Part shown: piece by piece, positions 17,946 through 28,729 of the stretch
Layout: every line of letters begins with the position of its first letter
How positions within the stretch are numbered: the first letter of the stretch is position 1
Assembly (NCBI GenBank): GCA_964482725.1
Contig: CAYZYT010000003.1
Location: 116,010 to 180,009 of the forward strand
Origin: an uncultured bacterium
GTDB lineage: Bacteria > Omnitrophota > Omnitrophia > Omnitrophales > Aquincolibacteriaceae
DNA length: 64,000 nt
Reading direction: 5' to 3'
Position numbers and translations under genes: made by a program
The notes under the pieces: model-generated
Told to the model about the DNA's origin: nothing
Databases searched by the model: none
What the model saw: only the letters and a program-made list of their open reading frames with translations

Positions 17946-19286
17946 ATGATGAAAAGAAAAAATATGAATCCTTTTCAGAAATTATTCATAACCGTGCTGG
18001 CGGTCCTTCTTCTCGGAGGGTGTCTCTCAGTTCGTTTGCCGGGAGTTAAAATCAGACAGGCGGCGGAGCCTCAAACTCTGACGTGGGATGGGCTTGTCCG
18101 TCAGACGCTCACGCTGAACCCCGATCTCCAGATGGCGCGGTACCTGATCACCTCAAGCGCCCGGAGCCGGGATATCGCTTTCGGGGATTATCTCCCGTCG
18201 GTGGATGGAGGATTTCAGAGAGATATTTCAAGGACGACAGGGACGGCCCCGTCCCAGGACGGGTTGGGATTGGATCTCGCGGCCCAACAGTCGCTTTTTA
18301 ACGGTTTTGGGACCACGGGGAATTGGCTGAAGGCGCGAAAAGATCTCGAGGCCGTGAGATTGGCTTATGTGGAAACCAGCGCGGAAGTCCGGTTCCGCTT
18401 AAGATCGGTCTATGTGGATATCATAAGGCTGGAAAGACTTCTTGAGACGAACCGTCTGATCTATGAGAGGCGCAAGCAGAACTCAGATCTCGTCCGACTT
18501 CGTTATGAAGCGGGACGGGAGAATTTGGGTTCCGCCTTACGTGCGGAGGCGATCACCGGACAGGCGGATTTTGATGTCAAGCAGACGGAACGCTATCTGG
18601 AGAGCGACGCGCTGAGACTTGCGCGTGAAAGCGGTGGGGAATTCGTTTTTCCCGTTCGTATGGATGATGACTTGGAAAAGATGCTCCCCAAAGTGGCGCT
18701 TACCAAGGCGGATTACGCGGCTCTTGCTGAGAAAACGCCCAAGGTGATGCGTCTTATCAAGACGGCAGAAGCCGCCAAGGCAGCCGTCGTGAAGGCGCAG
18801 TCCGTGGTGTGGCCTCAAATCGACGGCAATTATGATTATGGTTATTCGGGTGAGCGCGCGTCTGCTCTGAAAGATTCGAGTTTCCTCGGAGTGAATGTCA
18901 CCGTGCCTTTCTTTAACGGCGGGAAGAACATTGCCGCGATCCGCAAAGCCGTAGCGGATTACGATGCCGCCCAGAAGGCCGCCCAAGGTGCGCGGGACGA
19001 AGCGATCGCCGCACTGGCCGCCGCGTGGGTGCCTTACATGGACGCCATCGAGTATGTGGGGGTCCGCGAGAAGTTCCTGGAATCTTCGAAGAAACGCGCT
19101 GAGATCATCCGGGCGGAATATGCCATGGGACTTGTGAATTTCACGGATTTTGACGCGGCGGAGCAGGAAAATGCGACCGCGGAAAAAGATTATGTGGCGA
19201 GTCTTGCGAATGTTTTTATTCAGCAGGCCAACTGGGAAAAGACCCAGGGGGCCACTTTGGAGGATGCTTACCATGAAAATAAATAA
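17946..19286 (+). CDS. TolC family outer-membrane efflux lipoprotein
   Basis: Lipobox-like LLLGGC; NPDL, YLPSV, RYEAG and PFFNGG OEP repeats. Start is 17946 or 17964. Confidence 0.88.
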   Translation: MMKRKNMNPFQKLFITVLAVLLLGGCLSVRLPGVKIRQAAEPQTLTWDGLVRQTLTLNPDLQMARYLITSSARSRDIAFGDYLPSVDGGFQRDISRTTGTAPSQDGLGLDLAAQQSLFNGFGTTGNWLKARKDLEAVRLAYVETSAEVRFRLRSVYVDIIRLERLLETNRLIYERRKQNSDLVRLRYEAGRENLGSALRAEAITGQADFDVKQTERYLESDALRLARESGGEFVFPVRMDDDLEKMLPKVALTKADYAALAEKTPKVMRLIKTAEAAKAAVVKAQSVVWPQIDGNYDYGYSGERASALKDSSFLGVNVTVPFFNGGKNIAAIRKAVADYDAAQKAAQGARDEAIAALAAAWVPYMDAIEYVGVREKFLESSKKRAEIIRAEYAMGLVNFTDFDAAEQENATAEKDYVASLANVFIQQANWEKTQGATLEDAYHENK

Positions 19287-20256
19287 TTTGTCGCGGCCGG
19301 TGAAGTTCGGATTGATCCTTTTGGGTGTGTTTCTTCTTGTGCGGATGTTCTCTTCATGCGGCTCGTCGAAAGATCCCTTGCAGATCGTTCGTGCCGTAAA
19401 GGTCTCTCGAGGGGATCTCTCGGTCGCGGTCACGGCGACGGGAACGGTCAAACCGTATAACCGGGTCGAGATCAAGGCTCCGATCCCGGGACGCATCGAG
19501 GAAGTTCTTGTGCACGAGGGAGAAAATGTGAAGCTAGGGCAGGTGCTTGCTTGGATGAGTTCGGTCGAAAGGGCGGCGCTTCTTGATGCAGCGCGATCTC
19601 AGGGAGAAGCCGCGGTCAAACGCTGGCAGGAGGCTTATAAGGCCGCGCCGCTTCTCGCCCCGTTGGATGGGATGATCATTGTCCGTTCTGTAGAACCCGG
19701 ACAGACCGTGACCACGATCGATCCGGTGGTGGTACTTTCGGATCGGCTGATCGTGGAAGCGCTGGTGGATGAAACCGATCTTTCCATGATTAAGCTCGGA
19801 CAACGAACGGAGATCCGCCTGGATGCTTATCCCCAAGAGGTCTTTGAAGGCAAAGTCGATCACATCACGTTCGAAAGCAAGCTTGAGAATAACGTGAATG
19901 TCTACGCGATCGATATCCTTCCGGAAAAGGTTCCCGAGTCATTCCGGAGCGGGATGACCGCCAATGTTATTTTTATCGTGAAAGAAAAAAAAGGTGTCCT
20001 GCTCGTTCCTTCCGAGGCCGTTGTGGAATGGCCGAAAGGTCTTCGCAAACCTGAGGATGCGGTTTTTGCTGTTTATAAAAAAACGTTTGGTGGAAAACCG
20101 GGACCGGTCCCGGTCAAGGTCGGGGAATCTGATGGCCGGATGACTGAGATTACGGAAGGCCTGAAGGAAAGGACGGAAGTGGTGATCGTCCGGAAGAAAG
20201 AAAAGCAGCAATCTTCCAATCCGTTCAGCCCCGGGGGCGCTCCCAAAAAAAAGTGA
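19273..20256 (+). CDS. macA: Efflux periplasmic adaptor subunit (MacA-like)
   Basis: VTATGTV, IKAPIPGRIEEV..EGENVKLGQ, APLDG, VDETD, GMTANV, VPSEAV. Confidence 0.85.
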   Translation: MKINNLSRPVKFGLILLGVFLLVRMFSSCGSSKDPLQIVRAVKVSRGDLSVAVTATGTVKPYNRVEIKAPIPGRIEEVLVHEGENVKLGQVLAWMSSVERAALLDAARSQGEAAVKRWQEAYKAAPLLAPLDGMIIVRSVEPGQTVTTIDPVVVLSDRLIVEALVDETDLSMIKLGQRTEIRLDAYPQEVFEGKVDHITFESKLENNVNVYAIDILPEKVPESFRSGMTANVIFIVKEKKGVLLVPSEAVVEWPKGLRKPEDAVFAVYKKTFGGKPGPVPVKVGESDGRMTEITEGLKERTEVVIVRKKEKQQSSNPFSPGGAPKKK

Positions 20257-20303
20257 TAAGCCGGGACAAGGACGGTAAGTGATCAAGCGAAAGTTCTTGG
20301 GTC

Positions 20304-20376
20304 TTTCGTCATCCTGAGCCCCGAAGAGGGCGAAGGATCTTATTTGAGATGCTTCGCTTTGCTCAGCATGACGAAA
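20304..20376. repeat. GTCATCCTGAGC...GCTCAGCATGAC palindromic element (copy 1)
   Basis: CGTCATCCTGAGC-CCCGAAGAGG-GCGAAGGATCT-...-AGATGCTTCGC-TTT-GCTCAGCATGACG; relatives at 29754 and 39481 and a half copy near 23754. Confidence 0.85.
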
Positions 20377-20417
20377 TTCTGAAAAGCACAGAAACTCAGT
20401 AATGTCTAAGGAACCTC

Positions 20418-22379
20418 ATGAAACTATTGGAAGTCGAGCGCATCTCAAAAACGTACAAGATCGGTGAAGTCGAGGTCCGGGCGCTCCAGGATGTTTCGCT
20501 TACTATTGAAACCGGCGAATTTGTCGCGATCATGGGGCCTTCCGGTTCCGGCAAATCCACACTGATGCATCTCATGGGGTTTTTGGATACGCCTGACAGC
20601 GGCGCCTTTCGCTTGATGGGAAAAGACACCTCTCGCTTAAAAGAAGAAGAATACGCCTTTCTGCGCAATCGCGTCATCGGCTTTGTATTTCAACAATTCA
20701 ATCTAATGACGCGTTCCACCGCCCTCGAAAATGTTTGTCTCCCTTTGCTTTATTCGGATGATCGGGTCAGGGATCTTGAGCGATCGAAGGAGATGCTTGC
20801 CAAGGTCGGGCTTGCCAACCGTGTGGGGCACCGTCCCAATGAACTGTCGGGGGGACAGCAGCAACGTGTTGCGATTGCCCGGTCGCTTGTGACCCAACCG
20901 CTCATGATCCTCGCGGACGAGCCCACCGGGAATCTTGATTCCAAATCCGGGACCGAGATCCTGGAGATCTTCAGGGATCTCCACAAGCAAGGCATGACCA
21001 TCGTGCTTGTCACGCATTCCGAAGAGGTTGCGAACGCGGCGGAACGGGTCATTCGCATGCACGACGGAAAGATCGTGAGCGATGAAAAGCGCAAGACTTT
21101 AGGAAAGAGGCCGGGTTCCGAGATCAAGGCGCCGGATTTCCGCGAATTGTCCAAAGAGAAAAAGTACAATTATGAAGAATTTCTGGAACACTTTAAACAG
21201 GCCAGCCGCGTGATCCTCGGTAACAAATTAAGATCGTTCCTCTCCATGCTGGGCGTTCTGATCGGGGTGGCTTGCGTGATCACTATGCTCGCGCTGGGTC
21301 GGGGCGCGCGCGAAGCGATCACCGAACAGTTGTCCCGCATGGGTTCCAATCTTCTTTCCATCCGCCCGGGTTCGGTGAAAGTGCACGGGGTTGAAGCTGT
21401 GGCCGCGACGCGGTTGACCTTCGACGATGTCCGGGCCGTCAAGGAAGTCTCTTCGGTCAAACAAGTGGGGCCGCAGGTCACGGGGCAAGGGCAGCTTGTT
21501 TTTGGAAATAAGAATTGGAGCACTCGGGTCATTGGGGCCACTCCGGAATTTGCAAGTATGAGAAACCAGGAGCCTGTGGCCGGTCGTTTTTTTACCGCAG
21601 ATGAGGATCAGGGACGTCAACGTGTGGTCTTGATCGGCAAGACAGTGCAAACGGCCCTTTTTGGAGATGAGGATCCCCTGGGGCAAACAATCAAGATCAA
21701 TCGTGTGAGCTTTCAGGTCACGGGCATTCTGCCTTCCCTGGGGGCCAATGCCTTTCATGATCAGGATGACGTTGTGGTGATCCCTCTTATGACAGCGATG
21801 AAACGGCTTATGGGGAAGGACTATGTCGACCAGATCGATGTGGAGATCTCAGACCTGAAGCAGATGCCTCTTGCGCAGGAAGAGATCAACCAGCTGATCA
21901 TTCGGAGGCATCGTCTGACTCCGGATCGATATGATAGTTTTAATATCCGTAATTTTGCGGATATTCAAGCCGCGCTCTCAAGCACGACCAAGACTTTTTC
22001 TGTGCTGCTGGGCGCTGTGGCGACGATCTCGCTGGTGGTCGGAGGGATCGGGATCATGAACATCATGCTCGTTTCTGTCAAAGAAAGAACGCGCGAGATC
22101 GGTCTGCGCAAGGCCCTGGGAGCTACCCCCCGGGATATTCTGATGCAATTTCTTGTGGAGGCGGTCATGATCACGTTTCTGGGAGGGCTGGTGGGGATCG
22201 CGCTCGCCGGAGTGATCTCCTGGCTTATCGCGGCTCTGGCGCAGTGGGAAATGATCATCACGATAGACTCTTTATTGTTAGCGTTTATTTTTTCAGCGGG
22301 AGTCGGGATCGTTTTCGGTCTCTGGCCTGCCAAACAAGCCGCGGCACTCGATCCGATCCAAGCTTTGCGGTATGAATAA
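20418..22379 (+). CDS. macB: MacB-type ABC transporter (ATPase plus FtsX permease)
   Basis: [25 protein letters not shown]; [29 protein letters not shown]; [10 protein letters not shown]. Confidence 0.95.
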   Translation: MKLLEVERISKTYKIGEVEVRALQDVSLTIETGEFVAIMGPSGSGKSTLMHLMGFLDTPDSGAFRLMGKDTSRLKEEEYAFLRNRVIGFVFQQFNLMTRSTALENVCLPLLYSDDRVRDLERSKEMLAKVGLANRVGHRPNELSGGQQQRVAIARSLVTQPLMILADEPTGNLDSKSGTEILEIFRDLHKQGMTIVLVTHSEEVANAAERVIRMHDGKIVSDEKRKTLGKRPGSEIKAPDFRELSKEKKYNYEEFLEHFKQASRVILGNKLRSFLSMLGVLIGVACVITMLALGRGAREAITEQLSRMGSNLLSIRPGSVKVHGVEAVAATRLTFDDVRAVKEVSSVKQVGPQVTGQGQLVFGNKNWSTRVIGATPEFASMRNQEPVAGRFFTADEDQGRQRVVLIGKTVQTALFGDEDPLGQTIKINRVSFQVTGILPSLGANAFHDQDDVVVIPLMTAMKRLMGKDYVDQIDVEISDLKQMPLAQEEINQLIIRRHRLTPDRYDSFNIRNFADIQAALSSTTKTFSVLLGAVATISLVVGGIGIMNIMLVSVKERTREIGLRKALGATPRDILMQFLVEAVMITFLGGLVGIALAGVISWLIAALAQWEMIITIDSLLLAFIFSAGVGIVFGLWPAKQAAALDPIQALRYE

Positions 22380-23724
22380 GGGTTGCATGAAATCCTCGCA
22401 CGATTCTTCTCAGAGATCGGGTGGACTCAGGAACGTCTTCCGTGCGCTCCGGCACAGAAATTATCGTCTGTTCTCGGCCGGACAGTGCATTTCACTCGTG
22501 GGGACCTGGATGCAGTATATCGCTGTGAGTTGGCTCGTTTACCGCCTGACGAATTCGGCTTTCATGCTCGGGCTTGTGGGATTCGTGGGCCAGCTTCCGA
22601 CCTTTGTGATCTCGCCTTTGGCGGGGGTGCTCGGGGATAGGCATAATCGGCGGCGCATGTTGATCAAGATCCAGTCGCTGGCCATGCTCCAAGCGGCGAT
22701 CCTGGCTTTCTTGGTGCTTTCTCACCAGATCCAAATTTGGCAGATTATCGCCCTGAGTGCTTTTCTTGGGATCATTAACTCTTTTGACATGACGATCCGG
22801 CAGGCCTTTACCGTGGAGCTGCTCGACGATCGTGAGGATCTCGGGAATGCAATCGCGTTGAATTCGACGATGCTCAATGCTGCGAGGCTGATCGGGCCGT
22901 CGATCGCGGGGCTTTTGATCGTTTCCGTGGGCGAAGGGATCTGTTTTCTCTTGAATGCGATCAGTTACATCGCTGTGATCGCGTCGCTTCTTGTGATGAG
23001 GATCCCTGAGGGCAAGGTTGTCGCGGCGTCGCGCAGGATCCTTGCTGAACTGAAAGAAGGTTTCAGCTATGCCGCGAATTTTCCTCCCATCAAGTGGATC
23101 CTTTTGGTTTTGTCGCTTGTCAGTTTGATGGGGGTTTCGTATCAGACCCTGCTGCCGGTCTTTACGCGCGAAATCTTCCAAGGCGGCGCGAATATGATGG
23201 GTTTTTTTATGACCATGGCCGGGTTCGGGGCGTTGGGAGGAGCCATATTTCTTGCCGCTCGGAAAAACGTTCGTGGCCTTGCAAAGATCATTGCGTGGAC
23301 GGCGGGCCTCTTCGGTCTTACGCTGATGGCCTTCGCTTTTTCGAGGGCGTATTGGCTTTCCATGGGGATCCTTCTGGTTTCCGGTTTTGGGATGATGGTC
23401 CACATGGCCGCTTGCAACACGATCCTGCAGACGATCGTGGAAGAGGACAAGCGCGGCCGGATCATGAGTTTTTACACGATGGCTTTTTTGGGCATGATGC
23501 CCTTTGGCAGTTTGCTGGCCGGAGGCTTGGCCATGTGGATCGGCGTATCCTATACGCTGGCTTTAGAAGGATTTTTCTGTGTCCTGGGAGCGTTTTATTT
23601 TGCTTCCAAACTTCCGTTGATCCGGGCCAAGATCCGTCCGATCTATGTGGAAAAAGGGATCATCTCGGAAGTTGCGAGAGGGATCCAGGTGGCTACGGGT
23701 CTTGAAAGCGTTACGAAGGAATAA
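22372..23724 (+). CDS. MFS transporter (MFS_3/DHA3-like exporter)
   Basis: FRALRHRNYRLF..GQ.ISLVGTWMQ, GVLGDRHNRRR, NAARLIGPSIAG; 12 TM segments. Confidence 0.93.
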   Translation: MNKGCMKSSHDSSQRSGGLRNVFRALRHRNYRLFSAGQCISLVGTWMQYIAVSWLVYRLTNSAFMLGLVGFVGQLPTFVISPLAGVLGDRHNRRRMLIKIQSLAMLQAAILAFLVLSHQIQIWQIIALSAFLGIINSFDMTIRQAFTVELLDDREDLGNAIALNSTMLNAARLIGPSIAGLLIVSVGEGICFLLNAISYIAVIASLLVMRIPEGKVVAASRRILAELKEGFSYAANFPPIKWILLVLSLVSLMGVSYQTLLPVFTREIFQGGANMMGFFMTMAGFGALGGAIFLAARKNVRGLAKIIAWTAGLFGLTLMAFAFSRAYWLSMGILLVSGFGMMVHMAACNTILQTIVEEDKRGRIMSFYTMAFLGMMPFGSLLAGGLAMWIGVSYTLALEGFFCVLGAFYFASKLPLIRAKIRPIYVEKGIISEVARGIQVATGLESVTKE

Positions 23725-23839
23725 AAGCGACCCCCCGGGGTGTTGTTTTTCCCGAGATTTTTCACCGTCTCGTGGTCAGAATGACGCGAAATCGGTTTAA
23801 AGATATTCTGTTCAACCATGATAAGAAAGGAATCCCAAA

Positions 23840-26095
23840 ATGGCTTCCGGATCACGGAAAAAAATCAAAACCGCACCCCGAAAGCCTCGGTGGCTGGTGG
23901 CGCCGGAGGGAATCGAAGGGATCCTGCGTTTTGAGTCGGGAGATCCTTTTAACGTCTTAGGACCTCATCCGTCCAAGGACGGGCGGGGTATGATCATTCG
24001 CGCCTTTCTTCCGCAGGCTTCCCAAGCCTGGATCCGGCCTCTGGAAGGAAAGAACACGCGCGTTCCGATGACGAAGACCCATCCCGAAGGTTTCTTTCAG
24101 GTTGTTTTCGAAAAAGCCCATGAGATCTTTCCCTATAAGATCGAGACTTGCGATGAAGCGGGTATGTTGAAGGAAGCCTCCGATCCTTATGCTTTTTTCC
24201 CCGACCAGCTCAGTGATTACGATCTGCATTTGATCGGAGAAGGGACCCATCACCGGAGCTACGAAAAATTCGGAAGCCATCTTTTGACCTTGAAAGGCGT
24301 CCGGGGTGTTCTTTTTACGGTGTGGGCGCCGAACGCGAAAAGTATCAGTGTCGTCGGGAATTTCAATGGCTGGGTGCCAGGCGCGCATCCGATGACCCGG
24401 CTTTCCACTTCGAGCGTCTGGGGTCTTTTCATCCCCGGGCTAGAGAATGGGGAAGTTTACAAGTTTGCGATCCGTTCTGCGGTGGATGGTCAGGTTCGCT
24501 TGAAGACCGATCCTTACGCGTTCGGCACGGAATTAAGGCCGCGGAGCGCCGCGGTCGTGACACGTCTGGATACTTTCTCTTGGTCGGACGAGGCATGGAT
24601 GACGCGGCGAAAGCAAAAGGATCCTCTCCGTTCTCCCATCTCGATCTATGAGGTGCATCTCGGTTCCTGGAAGAGAGAAGAGAAGAACGGCTGGGGATTT
24701 CTGAATTACCGGGACCTGGCGCACCAGCTTGTGGAGTATGTCAAATTCATGGGTTACACCCACATTGAACTTATGCCTGTGATGGAGCATCCCCTGGATG
24801 AATCGTGGGGATATCAGGTCATTAATTATTATGCTCCGACGCGGCGTTTCGGCAGTCCGGAGGATCTCATGTATCTGGTGGATTATTGCCACCGCTACGA
24901 CATCGGCGTGATCCTGGACTGGGTGCCGGCGCATTTTCCGCGCGACGGTCACGGCCTTTTCGATTTTGACGGCCGGCAGATCTATGCTTCCGAAAACCTG
25001 AAAAGGGCCGAGCAACGCGAATGGGGAACGATGGTTTTTGACTTCGGGAAAAATGAGGTCAGCAATTTCCTGATCTCCAACGCTCTTTTCTGGCTGGACC
25101 GGTATCACGTGGACGGTCTGCGAGCGGATGCTGTTGCTTGCATGCTGTATCTGGATTATGCCCGCAAGCCGGGGGAATGGGAGCCCAACCGTTACGGCGG
25201 GCATGAGAACCTTGAGGCGATCGAATTTTTGAAAGAATTCAACAAGGTGGTGCATGCCACTTTCCCGGGCGTTCTGACGATCGCCGAAGAATCGACGGCC
25301 TGGCCCGGCGTTTCAAGACCCGTCCACTTGGGCGGGCTTGGGTTCAGCATGAAATGGAACATGGGCTGGATGCATGACACGCTGGAGTATTTTTCCAAAG
25401 ATCCTCTTTTCCGGAAATACCACCAGGGGGTTTTCCCGCTTTCAAGCCACTACGCGTTCTCGGAGAATTTTGTCCTTCCGATCTCACACGATGAGATCGT
25501 TTATGGGAAACGGTCGCTGCTCGAAAAAATGGTCGGCGACGATTGGCAAAAGTTCGCCAATCTCCGGCTTTTCTTCGCCTATCTTTTTTCATTCCCCGGA
25601 AAGAAGCTTCTTTTCATGGGGAACGATTTTGCCCAGAGGAGCGAATGGGATTCCAACCGGTCGCTGGACTGGCACTTGATGCAAGCGCCGCGACACCGGC
25701 GGGTGAACCTTTTGCTCCGGGACCTGCACCGTCTTTACCGGGAGAGTCCGGCGCTTTATGAAGGGGATTTCTCAAATGGATCGTTCGAATGGATCGATTG
25801 TTCGGACTCCGACCGTTCCGTTGTGAGCTTTCTGCGTTGGTCGCAGGATTACAGCCACGTCTTTATTTTCGTTTTCAATATGACGCCTGTGATCCTGGAG
25901 CGCTACCGTGTCGGGGTCCCTCGGTGGGGTTATTACCGGGAGGTTTTTAACAGCCAGGCCTTTGACTATGGCGGCTGTGGTTTGGGGAACCTCGGTGGCG
26001 TTCATTCCGAAGATGTGTCGTGGCAAAACCGTCCCTGTTCGATCAATCTTCAGATCCCACCCTTGGGGGCGCTCATTTTCCGTCTTGCGACCTGA
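23840..26095 (+). CDS. glgB: 1,4-alpha-glucan branching enzyme (GH13)
   Basis: VWAPNA, IYEVHLGSW, WGYQ, DWVPAHF, GLRADAV, AEEST, KWNMGWMHD, SHDE. Confidence 0.96.
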   Translation: MASGSRKKIKTAPRKPRWLVAPEGIEGILRFESGDPFNVLGPHPSKDGRGMIIRAFLPQASQAWIRPLEGKNTRVPMTKTHPEGFFQVVFEKAHEIFPYKIETCDEAGMLKEASDPYAFFPDQLSDYDLHLIGEGTHHRSYEKFGSHLLTLKGVRGVLFTVWAPNAKSISVVGNFNGWVPGAHPMTRLSTSSVWGLFIPGLENGEVYKFAIRSAVDGQVRLKTDPYAFGTELRPRSAAVVTRLDTFSWSDEAWMTRRKQKDPLRSPISIYEVHLGSWKREEKNGWGFLNYRDLAHQLVEYVKFMGYTHIELMPVMEHPLDESWGYQVINYYAPTRRFGSPEDLMYLVDYCHRYDIGVILDWVPAHFPRDGHGLFDFDGRQIYASENLKRAEQREWGTMVFDFGKNEVSNFLISNALFWLDRYHVDGLRADAVACMLYLDYARKPGEWEPNRYGGHENLEAIEFLKEFNKVVHATFPGVLTIAEESTAWPGVSRPVHLGGLGFSMKWNMGWMHDTLEYFSKDPLFRKYHQGVFPLSSHYAFSENFVLPISHDEIVYGKRSLLEKMVGDDWQKFANLRLFFAYLFSFPGKKLLFMGNDFAQRSEWDSNRSLDWHLMQAPRHRRVNLLLRDLHRLYRESPALYEGDFSNGSFEWIDCSDSDRSVVSFLRWSQDYSHVFIFVFNMTPVILERYRVGVPRWGYYREVFNSQAFDYGGCGLGNLGGVHSEDVSWQNRPCSINLQIPPLGALIFRLAT

Positions 26096-26185
26096 AAAAA
26101 CTCAGGGGCGGTTCTCGAAGGGAGCACCGTCTCTCGAATGCCTCGGAATCATGGAATTACAGTCAATACAGAATCAGAAATTTGT

Positions 26186-26213
26186 TTGATTTTTCGGGAT
26201 AGCTCGTTATACT
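26186..26213 (+). promoter_or_regulatory. Candidate sigma70 promoter of the btu operon
   Basis: TTGATT-16 bp-TATACT just upstream of the riboswitch. Confidence 0.4.
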
Positions 26214-26239
26214 CCATTCATTGTTCTTTGAAGAAATCA

Positions 26240-26437
26240 GTGATAGGTGCTGCGGAACTGCGAAAGCGGTTCACGCGGCTTGATAGGGAAGTGAGTCTCG
26301 CGGAAAGATCGCGGGAACTCCACGGTGCCGCCGCTGTAGATGAGAACGAAAGCGAAACAGCCACTGCTCCTTCGGGGGTGGGAAGGTTCGCGATTAGGAA
26401 TGACAAAGCTCATCGAGTCAGAAGACCTGCCTGTTAC
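26240..26437 (+). promoter_or_regulatory. Cobalamin (B12) riboswitch
   Basis: AGGTGC...ATAGGGAA...CGGTGCCGCCGCTGTA...GCCACTG...GGGAAGG...GAGTCAGAAGACCTGCC (B12 box); P1 GTGATAGG/CCTGTTAC; lies upstream of btuB. Confidence 0.92.
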
Positions 26438-26539
26438 ACAACTCAATATTCAAAATCCTCCGTGCAGAGGAAGCAAAGGTGTCCCGATTCTCCTCTTCTG
26501 AAAATCGGGACCGCGCGGATCAATCAAATGATCCGCTGG

Positions 26540-26578
26540 CCCTTTCTTGCCGATGCCTGAGGCGGAAAGGGTTTTTTT
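26540..26578 (+). terminator. Riboswitch expression platform: terminator or RBS-sequestering hairpin
   Basis: CCCTTTC...GGAAAGGG-TTTTTTT immediately before the GTG start of btuB. Confidence 0.7.
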
Positions 26579-28699
26579 GTGTCTGGAAATTCAAAGCTCC
26601 GGAGCGAGCATCTCCGGAAGATCAGTTTTTTGTTTCTCGCCGTTTGCCTTCTAAATATCGGATGGAGCTGGCCGTTCTCTAAAAAAAATGACGGGGAACG
26701 CAAACCTACCGTCGAAACTCAATCTATAGCGCCGATCGCTCCGAAAGCTGAAATTAAAGGCCCTCTCCGTCCCGTCGCCGCAGATGTGACGGTCCTCGAA
26801 GTTACACGAACTGAGGATCCCATTGCGAATGTGACCCGGAGTATTTCGGTCATTGATCAGGAAGAGATCCAAAATTCCACCGCTCGCTATGTGCCGGAAC
26901 TATTGAAATCCAAGGCCGGGATCACCGTGACAAATACCACCGGGAACCCCAAAGGGATGACCGTCGATATGCGCGGTTTTGGCGATACGGCAAATCGGAA
27001 CGTGCTTGTGCTTGTCGACGGCCGCCGGACAAATCCGATGGATATTTCCGGGTCGGATTGGGCCGCTATTCCACTTGAGACCGTCGAGCGCATTGAGATC
27101 ATTCGCGGGCCTTCTTCCGTGCTTTACGGGGACAATGCCGCGGGAGGTGTGATCAACGTGGTGACAAAAAAGGCCGGGCCAGGCGTTCATGCCAAGGCGG
27201 AGACTGAAATCGGATTGCATCAATACAAGCGGACGGGTGCGACAGTCTCCGGGGCTAACGACTGGGCGGACGGTCTCTTCCATTATGAAAACACACAGGA
27301 TGACGGCTGGCGCAACAATACGCAATATTGGGCGAACGACTGGTTCGGCAAGTTCGGGGTCGGGCCTTTTGAAGGAGCGGGAGTGAATTTCACTGCGGGG
27401 CATCATCGCGATCGGTATGGGTTAGCAGGCGATCTCTCTGTGGACGAAATGGCGAGCATGGGTCGAACGGGGAGTACGACTTCAAAGGATCATGCCTGGA
27501 GCCAAGAGACCTATTTCACAGCAGATCCTGAGTGGAAATTTGAGCTAGGCGAAAACGCATTTGTGATCTCCGGGTTTAACTCGTTTCAGCGCCGTTTAGC
27601 TAAGGCGGATTATGTTTCCATGGCCAGCAGTGCCGTGAACAATCTGGATTCCTATGAGTTCCAGCCCAAGATGAGCTGGGCGCGCCCTCTTACCGATTGG
27701 CTCACGAGCAAATTAACGACGGGTCTTGATTTCTTTTCAGGGAAGAATGATGTCAAAAACGTCGGGACCACGTTTACGAAGCTTGCGACCATCACCAAGA
27801 AGTCGCTGGATGTTTATGTGATCGAGAATTTTTCATTGTGGGATAAGTTGCTCTTGAATATGGGATTTCGCGGGGGCTGGGCAAAGTACCGGTTTGATCA
27901 GTCTGGGGATACGACGAACCTTGATCAGACGGGGATGCGGAATGCCTCGTTTGATTTTGGAGTCGGGTACAAAGTGTTTGAGAGGTCTCTTGCCTATTTT
28001 GATATCTCCCGTTCTTTTCGGATGCCAGCGACCGATGAATTTTACAGCACCTTCGGAAGCGGTTTGAATGCGGGTTTGAAACAGCAGCAAGAGATGGATT
28101 ATGAATTGGGTTTCCGTGACAATACATTCAAACCGTTGAATATGAGCATGAATCTCTTTCTGGCTGACATCAAAGATGAAATTTTTTATGACCCGAGTGG
28201 CGGCCCGGGAGGATGGGGGGCTAATGCGAATTACGAATCGCCGACGAGACGGTACGGATTCGAAATGGAATCCTCACTGAAACTTTTTAAAAAACGCTGG
28301 TTCAATATTACGCCGTTTTTTAACCTCACAACACAAAAGCCTTATTTTAAAGGGGGGACCTATTCGGGAAAGCACGTCCCGATGGTGCCTGATTTTAAGT
28401 ATTCCACGGGATATACCCTGGAACCCCTTAAAGGGCTGACGGTTTCGACCGAGCTGAACCATCTCGGGCACCAGTTTGCGATCAACGATCAAAAGAATAA
28501 CCTTCCAAAACTTAAAGCTTATACAGTCGTGGATATGAAGGTCCGCTATCATTGGCGATGGGCCACGGCTTGGATTTCTCTTACGAACCTTTTCAATAAA
28601 AAGTACTCAGAGTACAGCGTCGATAACTACATCGGTGGCACGGACTACTATCCGGCGCAGGGCCGCAACCTGGTCACGGGTTTTTCACTGGAGTATTAG
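26579..28699 (+). CDS. btuB: TonB-dependent outer-membrane receptor (BtuB-like)
   Basis: Plug motifs DMRGFG, VLVLVDG, VERIEIIRGPSSVLYGDNAAGGVINVVTK; NLFNKKY; C-terminal aromatic residue; B12 riboswitch upstream. Confidence 0.9.
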   Translation: MSGNSKLRSEHLRKISFLFLAVCLLNIGWSWPFSKKNDGERKPTVETQSIAPIAPKAEIKGPLRPVAADVTVLEVTRTEDPIANVTRSISVIDQEEIQNSTARYVPELLKSKAGITVTNTTGNPKGMTVDMRGFGDTANRNVLVLVDGRRTNPMDISGSDWAAIPLETVERIEIIRGPSSVLYGDNAAGGVINVVTKKAGPGVHAKAETEIGLHQYKRTGATVSGANDWADGLFHYENTQDDGWRNNTQYWANDWFGKFGVGPFEGAGVNFTAGHHRDRYGLAGDLSVDEMASMGRTGSTTSKDHAWSQETYFTADPEWKFELGENAFVISGFNSFQRRLAKADYVSMASSAVNNLDSYEFQPKMSWARPLTDWLTSKLTTGLDFFSGKNDVKNVGTTFTKLATITKKSLDVYVIENFSLWDKLLLNMGFRGGWAKYRFDQSGDTTNLDQTGMRNASFDFGVGYKVFERSLAYFDISRSFRMPATDEFYSTFGSGLNAGLKQQQEMDYELGFRDNTFKPLNMSMNLFLADIKDEIFYDPSGGPGGWGANANYESPTRRYGFEMESSLKLFKKRWFNITPFFNLTTQKPYFKGGTYSGKHVPMVPDFKYSTGYTLEPLKGLTVSTELNHLGHQFAINDQKNNLPKLKAYTVVDMKVRYHWRWATAWISLTNLFNKKYSEYSVDNYIGGTDYYPAQGRNLVTGFSLEY

Positions 28700-28729
28700 G
28701 GTGTCGAGGAAATTTATTCCGGAAAGGAA

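Noticed and set aside
26138-26560. 140-aa ORF upstream of btuB
   Set aside because: Overlaps the cobalamin riboswitch leader; no protein features.
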